Assembly (NCBI GenBank): GCA_965221695.1
Contig: OZ244905.1
Span: 2,912,001-2,976,000, forward strand
Length of the DNA stretch: 64,000 nucleotides
Origin: Gammaproteobacteria bacterium
Lineage (GTDB): Bacteria; Pseudomonadota; Gammaproteobacteria; Eutrophobiales; Eutrophobiaceae
Reading direction: 5' to 3'
Positions 20,886-31,726 of this stretch are shown piece by piece (position 1 is the stretch's first letter; every line of letters starts with the position of its first letter). The notes beneath the pieces were generated by a model that made no database searches, was not told where the DNA came from, and saw only the letters and a list, made by a program, of their open reading frames with translations. The position numbers and the translations under genes were made by a program.

Positions 20886-22334
20886 ATGACAACAGAAGCA
20901 AAACAATCATTTCCAAACATGGTCGCCGGCACACTGGCCGCCTGGCTTCAACGCCTGTCTGGCTCCGCCGCCGCCCTGTTGCGCGGACCAAAAGAGGACG
21001 AAGTCGACCTGTCCCGGGACGCCGCGGACGAGAAGGCGGAACTGAAAAACCTGCTGAACCGGGACGTGGTCATGCGCCGTGGCATCATCGTTGTTGTCAT
21101 CGCGCTGGGTGGCTTCCTCGCCTGGTCTATGTTGGCGCCCCTGACCGAAGGGGTGGTCGCGATGGGCACAGTGGTGGTGGACACGCAGAACAAGACCATC
21201 CAACACCTTGAAGGTGGTATCGTGGAGAAGCTGCATGTGCGCGAGGGCAGCGAGGTCAAGACCGGCGATGTGCTCATCGAACTCAGCGAAACCCAGAACC
21301 GCGCTCAACTTGAACTGCTGGAGAGCCGGTATTACGGCCGCCTGGCAGAAATCAACCGGCTCAACGCGGAACGCCTGTTGCAGGATGGGATCACCTTCTC
21401 CGATGAACTGCTGGCGTTACGCGATGACCCGGTTATCGCCGACATCCTGGCAGTGCAAGAGAACCTGTTCCAGGTGCGGCGTCGCCAGTACTACGGGCAG
21501 ATTGAGGTACTGCGACATCGCATCACTCAGCTTGAGGAGCAGGTGCGTGGCCTGGAGTCGACCCGGGAGGCATTGCTGCGCGAACGTGGTCTCATTGAGA
21601 AGGACCTGGAGAGTCTGGTCGCCCTCAAGGAACAGCAACTGATTGATGAAGGCGTACTCATCGGCCGCCAGCGCGAATACGAACAGGCCATTGGAAAACT
21701 GGGCACCATGGCTGCTGATATCGCCGCGACCCGGGTGAAGATCGGCGAGACGCGCCAGGAGATCCTGCAGATTGAACATGGCTGGGGCACGGAGGTATCC
21801 GACCAAATCACCGCGGCGCAACAGCAGTGGTTCGAGACCCGCGAGCGCATTAATGCAGTGTCGGACGTGTTACAGCGTACCACCATCGTCGCGCCCCAGG
21901 ATGGCAAGGTGATTGGCCTGTCCGTGCATACCCTGGGCGGAGTGATACCGCCGGGTAGCCCGATTATGAACATTGTCCCGAGCGAAGACCGGCTCGTAGT
22001 GGAAGGCCAGGTGCGCCCCATCGATATCGATAATGTCTATCCCGGCCAGACGGCCCGCCTGCGGTTTTCCTCGTTCAGTTGGCGCACCACACCCCAGGTG
22101 GAGGGCAAAGTCGAGCGCGTCTCGGCAGACGTCTTCCGTGACGAGCAGCAGGGCACATCCTACTATATCGCCCGCATCCTGGTGCCTGAAGAGGAAATGG
22201 CCAAGCTGGGCGATGCCACCATCGGCGCCGGTATGCCCGTCGACATCATGTTCACCGGCGGCTACCGCACCGCAATGGAGTACTTGACCGACCCCATCAC
22301 GGACATCTTAGATAAGGCCCTGGTAGAAGAATGA
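20886..22334 (+). CDS. HlyD-family type I secretion periplasmic adaptor
   Basis: TM helix, IQHLEGGIV, long coiled coil, IVAPQDGKV, AGMPVD, EYLTDPI. Confidence 0.93.
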   Translation: MTTEAKQSFPNMVAGTLAAWLQRLSGSAAALLRGPKEDEVDLSRDAADEKAELKNLLNRDVVMRRGIIVVVIALGGFLAWSMLAPLTEGVVAMGTVVVDTQNKTIQHLEGGIVEKLHVREGSEVKTGDVLIELSETQNRAQLELLESRYYGRLAEINRLNAERLLQDGITFSDELLALRDDPVIADILAVQENLFQVRRRQYYGQIEVLRHRITQLEEQVRGLESTREALLRERGLIEKDLESLVALKEQQLIDEGVLIGRQREYEQAIGKLGTMAADIAATRVKIGETRQEILQIEHGWGTEVSDQITAAQQQWFETRERINAVSDVLQRTTIVAPQDGKVIGLSVHTLGGVIPPGSPIMNIVPSEDRLVVEGQVRPIDIDNVYPGQTARLRFSSFSWRTTPQVEGKVERVSADVFRDEQQGTSYYIARILVPEEEMAKLGDATIGAGMPVDIMFTGGYRTAMEYLTDPITDILDKALVEE

Positions 22335-23776
22335 GTATCGGGAATCCAGTAAGACAAGGGGTCACCCTGCGGGCGACGCGGTATTTGACTGGACTCCCGC
22401 TTTCGCGGGAGTGGTGCGGTGGCGCCGCAGGCGCACTTTATTCCCTTATGCTCGCGCTAAACTTCGCACTGCCCACTGCCGCTGCCGCCGAGAACGCAGT
22501 CACCGACAGTGTAGTCACCAACAGCGCAGTCACCAGCAACGCAGCCGTCGACAGCGCCGCTGCTGACAGCGCAGGCGCCTACACCCTCTCGCAGGCATTC
22601 CTCGACACTTTGGCGCGGGACCCTCAAATACAGGCGGCGGAGAGCCGCGTCGCCGAGGCGCGCGAGCGGATGGAGGAAGTGAACGCCAGTCTGCGTCCCT
22701 CGCTTACCCTGTCCGGCAATACCGGTTATGCCTATAACCGCAACCAGGCTCGCATCACATCGATCTACGAAGGCCACTCGTCCCGGGGCAGGGTGCAGTT
22801 GAATCAAAACCTGTACACCTTTGGCCGTATTGAAGGCCGCCGCCAGCGTGTTGATGCCGAGATCGCCGAAGCGGAATTTGCCCTCGAAGAAGTACGCCAG
22901 GATGTACTGGCGGAGGTTGCCCGCGCCTTTTCCGAACAGTTGTTCCGGGAACGCATCTACCAGAGCCGCCAAGACTTTGAGAAGCTGCTGGGTGAGTTGG
23001 AGGATGCGGCGCGCCGCCGCATCGAACTGGGCACCCTGGACCGCACCGAATTATTTGGCGTGCTGCGCCGTCTGCACCAGGCAAAGGCGCAGCGCATCGA
23101 GGCACATTCCCGTTACCGCGTGGCGCGCGCGCAATTGGCCCGCCTGACGGGTCTGGAACACGACAACCTGGCCCCTGCCTCCCTGGCAAGTCTGGAACTG
23201 GCGGCGCCGACCAGTCTCGACTTCGCGTTGCACCAGGCAGAAAAGCAGTCTCCTGCGTTGATGCAAGCGCGTATGCGCCTGGAGGCTGCCGAGGGTGAGC
23301 TCGCATTCCGCAAGGCCGAACTCTGGCCGACCCTGAGCCTGGAAGTAAACGCCAGCACAGGCAATGTCGGGCAGATCGACACCACTGATGTCGTCGGTGG
23401 AGTCAATATCTCTGTGCCGATGTATGAGGGCGGCGCCAAGCGCTCGCAGTTGCGCGGCGCCAGGCTGGCGGTGGAGACTGCGCGCCGGGAACTGTTTGCG
23501 GTACAGGAACGGGTCGATATTGATGTGCGTTCCAACTGGGACCTGCTTCAAGGTCTGGTTATGTCTCTGCTGGAATTCGAGGCAGCCGTCGCCGACATGG
23601 ATGAAGTAGTGGCTTTGACCGGTAGTAAACTCGACGTAGGCCGCGCCACTTTCGTGCAGCACATCGAAGCCCGGCAAGACGCGCTGGATGTTGAATACGA
23701 ACTACTGAACAGCCACCTTCGCCTGGAAGAAACCCGCATCGAATTGCTGCGCGTCCTGGCGGAACTCAGTCCCTGA
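22331..23776 (+). CDS. TolC-family outer membrane protein (alternative start ATG 22448)
   Basis: two OEP repeats (LRPSLTLS, LWPTLSLE, SVPMYEGG); third gene of the T1SS operon. Confidence 0.85.
   Translation: MSIGNPVRQGVTLRATRYLTGLPLSREWCGGAAGALYSLMLALNFALPTAAAAENAVTDSVVTNSAVTSNAAVDSAAADSAGAYTLSQAFLDTLARDPQIQAAESRVAEARERMEEVNASLRPSLTLSGNTGYAYNRNQARITSIYEGHSSRGRVQLNQNLYTFGRIEGRRQRVDAEIAEAEFALEEVRQDVLAEVARAFSEQLFRERIYQSRQDFEKLLGELEDAARRRIELGTLDRTELFGVLRRLHQAKAQRIEAHSRYRVARAQLARLTGLEHDNLAPASLASLELAAPTSLDFALHQAEKQSPALMQARMRLEAAEGELAFRKAELWPTLSLEVNASTGNVGQIDTTDVVGGVNISVPMYEGGAKRSQLRGARLAVETARRELFAVQERVDIDVRSNWDLLQGLVMSLLEFEAAVADMDEVVALTGSKLDVGRATFVQHIEARQDALDVEYELLNSHLRLEETRIELLRVLAELSP
22340..22423. 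repeat. REP-family copy at the hlyD/tolC junction
   Basis: GGGAATCCAGT...GTCACCCTGCGGGCGAC...GACTGGACTCCCGCTTTCGCGGGAGTGG. Confidence 0.88.
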
Positions 23777-23798
23777 TCCAGCCCCTCCCGCGCCTCTA

Positions 23799-25016
23799 TT
23801 ATTGAACCTTGGAGAAAACCAGGGTCGCGTTGGTCCCGCCAAAACCGAAGCTGTTGGACATTACCGTGTTCAGCCCGGCGTTGTCGACACGCTCCAGGGC
23901 AACAGGCATGCCTTCAGCATCCGGGTCAAGGTTACGGATATTGGCGGACTTGCAGACAAAATTATGTTTGAGCATCAGCAAGCTGAAAATGGCCTCGTTA
24001 ACGCCCGCAGCGCCGAGGCCGTGGCCGGACAGGGCTTTGGTTGAACTGATCGCCGGGATGTTGTTCCTGAATACCGTTCTGATCGCGCCCAGTTCGCCCG
24101 TGTCGCCGGCCGGTGTGCTGGTTGCATGAGCATTGATGTAGTCGACCGGGACCGTGGTAGTTGCCAGCGCCATCTCCATGCAGCGTACTGCGCCTTCGCC
24201 GGAAGGCTTGACCATGTCGAAGCCGTCTGAAGTAGCGCCGTAACCGCAAACCTCCGCATAGATTTTCGCATTCCGTTCTCTGGCATGTTCATACTCCTCC
24301 AGGACGACGATACCACCGCCGCCGGAGATGACGAACCCGTCCCGATCCGCATCGAAAGGCCGGGATGCGCTCGCCGGGTCGTCATTATATCGGGATGACA
24401 GCGCTCCCATCGCGTCGAACAACAGGGTCCCGCTCCAGTGGACCTCATCGCCGCCGCCGGCAAAGATAATATCCTGCTTGCCGGACTGGATAAGCTCGTA
24501 GCCGTTGCCTATGCAATGGGCGCTGGTGGCGCAGGCCGAGGCAATCGAATAATTGATCCCCTTGATTCGGTAGGCCACTGCCAGGCAGGCGCTGGCCGTG
24601 CTCGCCATGACCCGTGGCACCATTGTCGGCCCGACTTTTCTGGCGCCTCGACTGCGCAATATGTCTGCCGCGGCGATCATGTTCTCCGTGGAACTACCGC
24701 CGGTTCCCACGATCAAGCCGGCGCGCGGGTTGGATACCTGGTCTTCATCGAGGCCTGCATCGGCCACCGCGTCCTGCATTGCCAGGTAGGCATAAGCGGC
24801 GCCATCGCCCATAAAACGTTTATGCTTTCTTTCTATCAGCGCATCCAGATCCAGTTTTATCGGGGCATGCAGGTGGGAACGAAAGCCCAGCTCGGCATAT
24901 TCTGGCGCATATTCCACGCCGCCAGTGGCCGATTTCAATGCGCTGAGGACTTCCGCCTGGCTGTTTCCTATACTGGATTTGATACCCAGGCCGGTAATGA
25001 CTACTCGTTTCAACAT
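23799..25016 (-). CDS. fabB: beta-ketoacyl-ACP synthase I
   Basis: [46 protein letters not shown]; downstream of fabA. Confidence 0.96.
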   Translation of the reverse strand: MLKRVVITGLGIKSSIGNSQAEVLSALKSATGGVEYAPEYAELGFRSHLHAPIKLDLDALIERKHKRFMGDGAAYAYLAMQDAVADAGLDEDQVSNPRAGLIVGTGGSSTENMIAAADILRSRGARKVGPTMVPRVMASTASACLAVAYRIKGINYSIASACATSAHCIGNGYELIQSGKQDIIFAGGGDEVHWSGTLLFDAMGALSSRYNDDPASASRPFDADRDGFVISGGGGIVVLEEYEHARERNAKIYAEVCGYGATSDGFDMVKPSGEGAVRCMEMALATTTVPVDYINAHATSTPAGDTGELGAIRTVFRNNIPAISSTKALSGHGLGAAGVNEAIFSLLMLKHNFVCKSANIRNLDPDAEGMPVALERVDNAGLNTVMSNSFGFGGTNATLVFSKVQ

Positions 25017-25049
25017 ATTACCCTGATGCTTTGAAGGCTGCGAAAATTA

Positions 25050-25559
25050 TCATAAATCCCGAAATAACCCTACCCGGAGGTCTTTCGCCGAATAGGTCTC
25101 TTTGTCATTGACATACATGTAGCCGTCTGCGATTCCCATGACCAGGCTTCGGGAAACGACTTTTTTCATATCAATAACGTATTTTACCAATTTGCAATCG
25201 GGCGTGACCTGTCCGGAGAACTTGATTTTGCCAGCGCCCAACGCCCGACCGCGACCCGGCGCGCCGGTCCAGCCCAGGTAGAAGCCAACCAGTTGCCACA
25301 TCGCGTCAAGACCCAGGCAGCCCGGCATCACCGGGTCACCCTGAAAGTGACATTCAAAAAACCATAGTTGTGGATGAATATCCAACTCGGCGACGACATA
25401 TCCCTTTCCCTTATTGCCCCCGCTCTCACTGATATCAGTAATACGGTCAAACATCAGCATATTATGCAACGGCAACTGGGCATTACCCTCCCCGAACAAC
25501 TCACCCTGACCACAGGCAATCAGTTCCTCTTTGGAATACGAACTTTTTCCTTTGCGCAT
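25050..25559 (-). CDS. fabA: 3-hydroxydecanoyl-ACP dehydratase/isomerase
   Basis: [25 protein letters not shown]. Confidence 0.97.
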   Translation of the reverse strand: MRKGKSSYSKEELIACGQGELFGEGNAQLPLHNMLMFDRITDISESGGNKGKGYVVAELDIHPQLWFFECHFQGDPVMPGCLGLDAMWQLVGFYLGWTGAPGRGRALGAGKIKFSGQVTPDCKLVKYVIDMKKVVSRSLVMGIADGYMYVNDKETYSAKDLRVGLFRDL

Positions 25560-25660
25560 AGGTTGCACAGTATCGCATGTTTGACCCGAATTTCAACAAG
25601 ATCAGGGCGCTGCGCATCCCGACGATATGTAATAGTTGGCACAGGCCAGGCTATTCCCCT

Positions 25661-25737
25661 ATACCACTCCCGCAACAGCGGGAGTCCAGTCAAATACTTT
25701 ATCGCCTGAAAGGCGACCCTTTGTTCACTGGATTACG
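25661..25737. repeat. REP-family copy (reverse orientation)
   Basis: ACCACTCCCGCAACAGCGGGAGTCCAGTC...TCGCCTGAAAGGCGACCC...CACTGGATT. Confidence 0.82.
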
Positions 25738-25803
25738 TAGTTTGCCCCCGCTCAGCGCCACACTTAGTAAAACTAACACAGCAAATAATGCTAGAATCGG
25801 CGT

Positions 25804-27030
25804 ATGACCAATCAGCAGGGAATTTCGGACAGGCGGCCTAGTGTGCCGGTCAGCATCGGGCCGGTTAAGGTAGGCGGCGGCGCGCCTGTTGTCGTGCAGT
25901 CGATGACGAATACCGATACCGCCGATGCGGTGGCGACGGTGAAGCAGGTACAGCAACTGGCTGCCGCCGGGTCGGAGCTGGTGCGCATCACGGTCAATAA
26001 CGAGGATGCGGCGCGCCAGGTTGCCCGTATCCGCGAGCGGCTGGATGCGCTGGGTTGCAATGTGCCTCTTATCGGCGATTTCCATTACAACGGCCACCTG
26101 TTACTGACGAAATACCCCGATTGCGCCGAGGCGCTGGCCAAGTACCGCATCAATCCGGGCAACGTGGGTTTCGGCAGGAAGCGGGACAGCCAGTTCGCCA
26201 CTCTCATCGAGAAAGCCATCGAATATGACAAACCGATACGCATCGGCGTGAACTGGGGCAGCCTGGACCAGGAACTTGCGACCCACATGATGGACGAGAA
26301 TGCCAAATTGGCGGAACCCCTGGACGCCGACAGTGTGATGCAGGAGGCTTTGATCGTTTCCGCGCTGAACAGCGCGCAGAAAGCCGAGGAGATTGGCCTG
26401 CCCCGGGACAGGATTATCCTGTCCTGCAAGGTGAGCGGGGTGCAGAAGCTGATTTCGGTTTACCGGGACCTGGCCGGACGCAGCGATTATGCGCTGCATC
26501 TCGGCCTGACCGAAGCCGGGATGGGTTCCAAGGGGATTGTCGCGTCTACCGCGGCGCTGGGAGTCCTGTTGCAGGAAGGTATAGGCGATACCATCCGGAT
26601 TTCCCTGACCCCCGAACCGGGTGGCGACCGCGCCACCGAGGTGTTCGTGGCCCAGGAACTGCTGCAAACGATGGGCCTGCGTTCATTCACCCCGCTGGTC
26701 ACAGCCTGTCCCGGCTGCGGCCGCACCACCAGCACCGTGTTCCAGGAACTGGCGGATAATATCCAGGCTTATATCCGGACCCAGATGCCGATATGGCGCG
26801 GGAAATACCCTGGCGTAGAGGAGTTGAACCTGGCGGTAATGGGCTGCGTGGTGAACGGCCCGGGAGAGAGTAAGCATGCGGACATCGGTATCAGCCTGCC
26901 TGGCACCGGTGAAGCGCCTTCAGCGCCGGTCTTTGTCGATGGAAAGAAGACTGTCACTCTGCGCGGGGAAAATATTGCCGCCGAATTCCAGGCTATAGTG
27001 GATAATTACATAGAAAACCGCTTTGGATAA
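25804..27030 (+). CDS. ispG: (E)-4-hydroxy-3-methylbut-2-enyl-diphosphate synthase
   Basis: [39 protein letters not shown]. Confidence 0.97.
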   Translation: MTNQQGISDRRPSVPVSIGPVKVGGGAPVVVQSMTNTDTADAVATVKQVQQLAAAGSELVRITVNNEDAARQVARIRERLDALGCNVPLIGDFHYNGHLLLTKYPDCAEALAKYRINPGNVGFGRKRDSQFATLIEKAIEYDKPIRIGVNWGSLDQELATHMMDENAKLAEPLDADSVMQEALIVSALNSAQKAEEIGLPRDRIILSCKVSGVQKLISVYRDLAGRSDYALHLGLTEAGMGSKGIVASTAALGVLLQEGIGDTIRISLTPEPGGDRATEVFVAQELLQTMGLRSFTPLVTACPGCGRTTSTVFQELADNIQAYIRTQMPIWRGKYPGVEELNLAVMGCVVNGPGESKHADIGISLPGTGEAPSAPVFVDGKKTVTLRGENIAAEFQAIVDNYIENRFG

Positions 27031-27062
27031 GCTGTAAGCGGAACAAAGGGCACATCCACAAA

Positions 27063-27093
27063 TGCCTCACCCGCCTCCACGACGGGTGAGGCA
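27063..27093. terminator. hairpin between convergent genes (probable terminator)
   Basis: TGCCTCACCCG-CCTCCACGA-CGGGTGAGGCA flanked by A-runs. Confidence 0.6.
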
Positions 27094-27165
27094 AAATGTA
27101 AGCAGAATTCCTTACAACTGACCGGAGAGTCGATCTGCTATCGATTTATCCGGATTGTCGGTTCC

Positions 27166-27519
27166 TCAGCCTTTCATCCGATTCATGGTTCGCCCGACGA
27201 GAATGCTGACTACGCCTGCATTCAACGCTGTGGTAACCTGATCGAGGATACCGTCAAGGTGTGAACCAACCGCAGGAATCATCTGTAATACGCCATTAGC
27301 GTCTCCGCCACCCCCTCCATCGGGCATGGTTGCCGCAACGCCCACAGCAATGGTGACTGCAAGGTAAGCTACGGGGTCTTCCGCGTCAATTGCCGTCCAG
27401 CCATAGATCAATCCGAGGATGACCAAGGCCAGGGGAAGCAAGTTCGACGGAACGGCCCCAGGGGCGACGCCTTCGATGATTGCCGCTAAAACGATCAATC
27501 CAATAACGATTCTAGTCAT
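27166..27519 (-). CDS. small hydrophobic membrane protein of unknown function
   Basis: 117 aa, 3-4 hydrophobic segments, GGAGGG RBS upstream. Confidence 0.7.
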   Translation of the reverse strand: MTRIVIGLIVLAAIIEGVAPGAVPSNLLPLALVILGLIYGWTAIDAEDPVAYLAVTIAVGVAATMPDGGGGGDANGVLQMIPAVGSHLDGILDQVTTALNAGVVSILVGRTMNRMKG

Positions 27520-27748
27520 ACTAATTCCCTCCTACAGTTATTATTGCATGAAGGGCCTACCGTCGACTGCCCCAAGCTTGTCCCTCAGACGCAATCTTCG
27601 GTAAGCCGCCACACAACTATAGCACATAAACAACGTAAGCGGTCAAGAGGAAATTCGCATATTTGTGAACGCGGAGGCTGGCATGACACCCTTGCGCGAA
27701 TAATATACAATCGGCACACACCATTTATAAGACTTCGTGAGGAACAAA

Positions 27749-29686
27749 ATGTCTGAAGTGAAAGCCTATCCGGTCTCTCCGACTGTTGCCGGCGATGCCA
27801 ATATTAACGAAAAACAATACGCCGCGATGTACGACCAGTCCATCAACGATCCGGACGCGTTCTGGGCCGAACAGGCTGAAAAGTTCGTAAGCTGGTCCAG
27901 GAAGTGGGACAAGGTCCAGGACTGGGACTATAACAAGGTGGACATCAAGTGGTTCAGTGGGGCTAAACTGAATGTATCGTACAACTGCCTGGACCGGCAC
28001 CTGGAGACCCGCGGTGATGATGTGGCCATTATCTGGGAGGGCGACGACCCCAGTGTCGATAAAAAGATCACCTACCGGGAACTGCACCGGGAAGTATGCC
28101 GTTTCGCCAACGTTCTGAAGGCCAGGGGCGTCGGCAAGGGTGACCGCGTGTCCATCTACATGCCGATGATCCCGGAGGCGGCCGTGGCGATGCTGGCCTG
28201 CACCCGTATCGGCGCGGTTCACTCGATCGTGTTCGGCGGGTTCTCCCCGGAGGCGCTCAAGGACCGCATCCTGGATTCCGATTGCCGCGTGGTCGTTACC
28301 GCGGACGAAACCGTGCGCGGCGGCCGCACTACACCGCTGAAGGCGAACACCGACAAGGCCCTTGAGCATTGCCCGGATGTGCACAGCGTGATCGTGGTGC
28401 AGCGCTCCGGCGCCGATGTGGACTGGACCGAGGGGCGTGACCTCTGGTACCACGAGCAGATGGAGCAGGCCGCTGACGACTGCCCACCGGAGGAAATGGA
28501 CGCGGAAGACCCGCTGTTTATCCTTTACACCTCCGGTTCCACCGGCAAACCCAAGGGAGTTCTGCACACCACCGGCGGTTACCTGCTGTATGCCGCCCTG
28601 ACCCACAAGTACGTGTTTGATTATCACGACGGCGAGGTCTACTGGTGTACCGCCGATGTGGGCTGGGTAACGGGGCATACCTACATTGTTTACGGACCGC
28701 TGTGCAACGGCGCCATCACCCTGATGTTCGAGGGCGTGCCCACCTATCCTGATGCGGGCCGCTTCTGGCAGGTGGTGGACAAGCACCAGGTCAACATCTT
28801 CTATACCGCGCCGACGGCGTTACGCGCCCTGATGGGGCAGGGCGACGAGTTTGTGAAACGGCACGACCGCGGCAGCCTGCGCATACTCGGCAGTGTCGGC
28901 GAACCGATCAACCCGGAGGCCTGGGAGTGGTACTACCACGTGGTCGGCGACGAGCGCTGTCCGATTGCGGACACCTGGTGGCAGACCGAGACCGGCGGTA
29001 TTCTCATTTCTCCGTACCCGGGCGCCACTGCCCTGAAACCCGGCTCCGCCACCCGGCCCTGTTTCGGTGTGGAGCCATGCCTGGTGGACGACAAGGGTAA
29101 CGAACTGGATGGCGCGACCTCCGGCGCGCTGTGCATCAAACGCTCCTGGCCAGGCCAGATGCGCACTGTGTACGGCGACCACCAGCGCTTTATTGACACC
29201 TACTTCAAGACCTTCCCCGGCATGTATTTCACCGGCGACGGGGCGCGCCGCGACGAAGACGGCTATTACTGGATCACCGGGCGCGTGGACGACGTGATCA
29301 ATGTCTCCGGTCACCGCATGGGCACCGCCGAAGTGGAAAGCGCGCTGGTGCTGCATGATGCGGTTGCCGAGGCCGCCGTGGTAGGCTTCCCCCATGATAT
29401 CAAGGGGCAGGGCATCTATGCCTACGTGACCCTGATGGGCGGGGTCGAATCTTCCCCGGAACTGCGCCGGGAGCTGGTTTTACATGTACGCAAGGAGATC
29501 GGCCCCATCGCCAGCCCGGATGTGGTCCAGTGGGCGCCGGGCTTGCCCAAGACCCGTTCCGGCAAGATCATGCGTCGCATCCTGCGCAAAATCGCCGCCA
29601 ATGAACTGGATAACCTGGGCGACACCAGCACCCTGGCAGACCCCGCAGTCGTCGATGACTTGATTGAGAACCGGGAAGTGAAATAA
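27749..29686 (+). CDS. acs: acetyl-CoA synthetase
   Basis: [33 protein letters not shown]. Confidence 0.97.
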   Translation: MSEVKAYPVSPTVAGDANINEKQYAAMYDQSINDPDAFWAEQAEKFVSWSRKWDKVQDWDYNKVDIKWFSGAKLNVSYNCLDRHLETRGDDVAIIWEGDDPSVDKKITYRELHREVCRFANVLKARGVGKGDRVSIYMPMIPEAAVAMLACTRIGAVHSIVFGGFSPEALKDRILDSDCRVVVTADETVRGGRTTPLKANTDKALEHCPDVHSVIVVQRSGADVDWTEGRDLWYHEQMEQAADDCPPEEMDAEDPLFILYTSGSTGKPKGVLHTTGGYLLYAALTHKYVFDYHDGEVYWCTADVGWVTGHTYIVYGPLCNGAITLMFEGVPTYPDAGRFWQVVDKHQVNIFYTAPTALRALMGQGDEFVKRHDRGSLRILGSVGEPINPEAWEWYYHVVGDERCPIADTWWQTETGGILISPYPGATALKPGSATRPCFGVEPCLVDDKGNELDGATSGALCIKRSWPGQMRTVYGDHQRFIDTYFKTFPGMYFTGDGARRDEDGYYWITGRVDDVINVSGHRMGTAEVESALVLHDAVAEAAVVGFPHDIKGQGIYAYVTLMGGVESSPELRRELVLHVRKEIGPIASPDVVQWAPGLPKTRSGKIMRRILRKIAANELDNLGDTSTLADPAVVDDLIENREVK

Positions 29687-29832
29687 AGGGTCGCCCTCCG
29701 GGCGATGCAGAATTAGACTGGACTCCCGCTTCCGCGGGAGTGGTATGGTGGCGGGTTCACGGGAGCGCCCCCAACCCATTCCCGCGAAAGCGGGAATCCA
29801 GTGAAATACTATGTCGTCCGGAGGACGACACA
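29687..29832. repeat. REP/BIME-like composite repeat between acs and phaC
   Basis: central hairpin, inverted REP, CCATTCCCGCGAAAGCGGGAATCCAGTG, and variant hairpin GTCGTCCGGAGGACGAC. Confidence 0.88.
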
Positions 29833-29847
29833 TTATACTTCCAGTAA

Positions 29848-31032
29848 ATGATCACTGAAAACATCGCCGAATTGAAAGAGTATTTCAACCTCTGGTTGGA
29901 AGCCGGCGAACAGGCGTATGCGGAAATCGCGTTTACTGACGAGTACGCCCGCAATTTTGCCGGTCTGGTGAATGCCTTCCTGGCCATGCGCGCTGAGTTG
30001 GATGCGCAGCCTGACGGGGTCGCCCTGCCGGGGCTTCCCGGCTTTGCCGGCTTGCCCGGCGCGACGCCCGTTGAAGTCGGACCGTCAGCCAGGGACGAGG
30101 CGCACCGGGAGGACAAGGTTCGCCTATACCGTTACCGGGCGTTAGTCGATGAACCCCATGCCGTCCCGGTGCTGATCGTCTACGCCCTGGTCAACAGGCC
30201 ATATATCATGGACTTGCAGGAAGGGCGTTCCTTGGTACAGGGGCTGCTCAAGGCCGGCCTGGACGTTTACCTGCTCGACTGGGGTTGTCCCGACGATGGT
30301 GATACGGGCCTAACCCTGGATGATTACATCAACCGCTACCTGGGCAACGCGGTGGATATCATCCGGCAGCGCCACAGCGCGGAACGCATCAACCTGCTGG
30401 GTGTGTGCCAGGGTGGTACCTTCTGCCTTTGTTATACCGCCTTGCATCAGGATAAGGTCGCCAACCTGGTGACCAGCGTGACGCCGGTGGACTTTCACAC
30501 CCCGCGCGACCTGCTCAGCCACCTGGTGCGGCACGTGGACATGGACCTGGCCGTAGATACGCTGGGCAATATACCCGGCGAGTTCCTGAACTGGTTGTTC
30601 CTGATGTTGAAACCGTACAAGCTGACCGGGAAGAAGTACCTGGATGCGTTGGAGCTACTGCATGACAAGGACCGGTTCGCTACCTTCATGCGCATGGAAA
30701 AATGGATCTTCGACAGTCCGGACCAGGCCGGCGCCGCCTGCCGCCAATTTGCGAGGGATTTCTACCAGGGCAACAAGCTGGTCAAGGGCGAGGTCGAAAT
30801 CGGCGGCAAACGGATAAACCTGGAGTCGATCACCGTCCCGGTCCTGAACATTTTCGCCACCAACGACCACCTGGTCCCGGTCGATGCGTCAAAAGCGCTG
30901 GCCGGCTGCATCAGCAGCAAGGATTACACCGAACTGGAGCTTCCCGGCGGCCACATCGGCATCTACGTAGGCGCCGGCGCCAAAGACACCTTACCCGTCG
31001 CCATCAACAACTGGCTCAGGCAACGGCCCTGA
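29848..31032 (+). CDS. phaC: class III poly(3-hydroxyalkanoate) synthase PhaC with PhaE-like N-terminal segment
   Basis: VYALVNRPY, lipase box GVCQGG (Cys), MEKWIFDSPDQAG, NDHLVP (Asp), GGHIGIY (His). Confidence 0.92.
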   Translation: MITENIAELKEYFNLWLEAGEQAYAEIAFTDEYARNFAGLVNAFLAMRAELDAQPDGVALPGLPGFAGLPGATPVEVGPSARDEAHREDKVRLYRYRALVDEPHAVPVLIVYALVNRPYIMDLQEGRSLVQGLLKAGLDVYLLDWGCPDDGDTGLTLDDYINRYLGNAVDIIRQRHSAERINLLGVCQGGTFCLCYTALHQDKVANLVTSVTPVDFHTPRDLLSHLVRHVDMDLAVDTLGNIPGEFLNWLFLMLKPYKLTGKKYLDALELLHDKDRFATFMRMEKWIFDSPDQAGAACRQFARDFYQGNKLVKGEVEIGGKRINLESITVPVLNIFATNDHLVPVDASKALAGCISSKDYTELELPGGHIGIYVGAGAKDTLPVAINNWLRQRP

Positions 31033-31037
31033 CAATA

Positions 31038-31724
31038 CCATTCCCGTGCAAACGGGAATCCAGTGAAACAAAGGGTCGCCCTTTGGGCGACACAGTATTC
31101 TACTGGACTCCCACTTTCGTGGGAGTGGTATGGTGGCGGGGTTAGCGGTAGCGCCCCGCATCCCATTCCCGTGGAAACGGGAATCCAGTGGGACAACGAG
31201 TCGCCCTTCGGGCGACACAGTATCTGACTGGACTCCCGCTTCCGCGGGAGTGGTACGGTGGCTGGGTTTACGGAAGCGCCCCCCATCCCATTCCCGTGGA
31301 AACGGGAATCCAGTGAGACAACGAGTCGCCCTTTGGGCGACACAGTATCTGACTGGACTCCTGCTTTCGCAGGAGTGGTACGGTGGCGGTGTTCACGCAA
31401 GCGCCCCCATCCCATTCCCGTGGAAACGGGAATCCAGTGAAACAAGGGGTCGCCCTTTGGGCGACACAGTATTCTACTGGACTCCCACTTTCGTGGGAGT
31501 GGTATGGTGGCAGTGTTCACGGGAGTGCTCCCCACCCCATTCCCGTGGAAACGGGAATCCAGTGAGACAACGAGTCGCCCTTTGGGCGACACAGTATCTG
31601 ACTGGACTCCTGCTTTCGCAGGAGTGGTACGGTGGCGGTGTTCACGCAAGCGCCCCCATCCCATTCCCGTGGAAACGGGAATCCAGTGGGACAAGGGGTC
31701 GCCCTTCGGGCGACACTGTATTTG
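31038..31724. repeat. tandem array of 124-125 bp three-hairpin REP/BIME-like units (5 full + 1 partial)
   Basis: units start at 31038, 31163, 31288, 31412, 31537 and 31661; units 3 and 5 are identical. Confidence 0.95.
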
Positions 31725-31726
31725 AT

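Noticed and set aside
31038-31724. CRISPR array
   Set aside because: The sequences between repeats are homologous to each other rather than unique spacers, the period is ~125 bp, repeats alternate in orientation and no cas genes are present.
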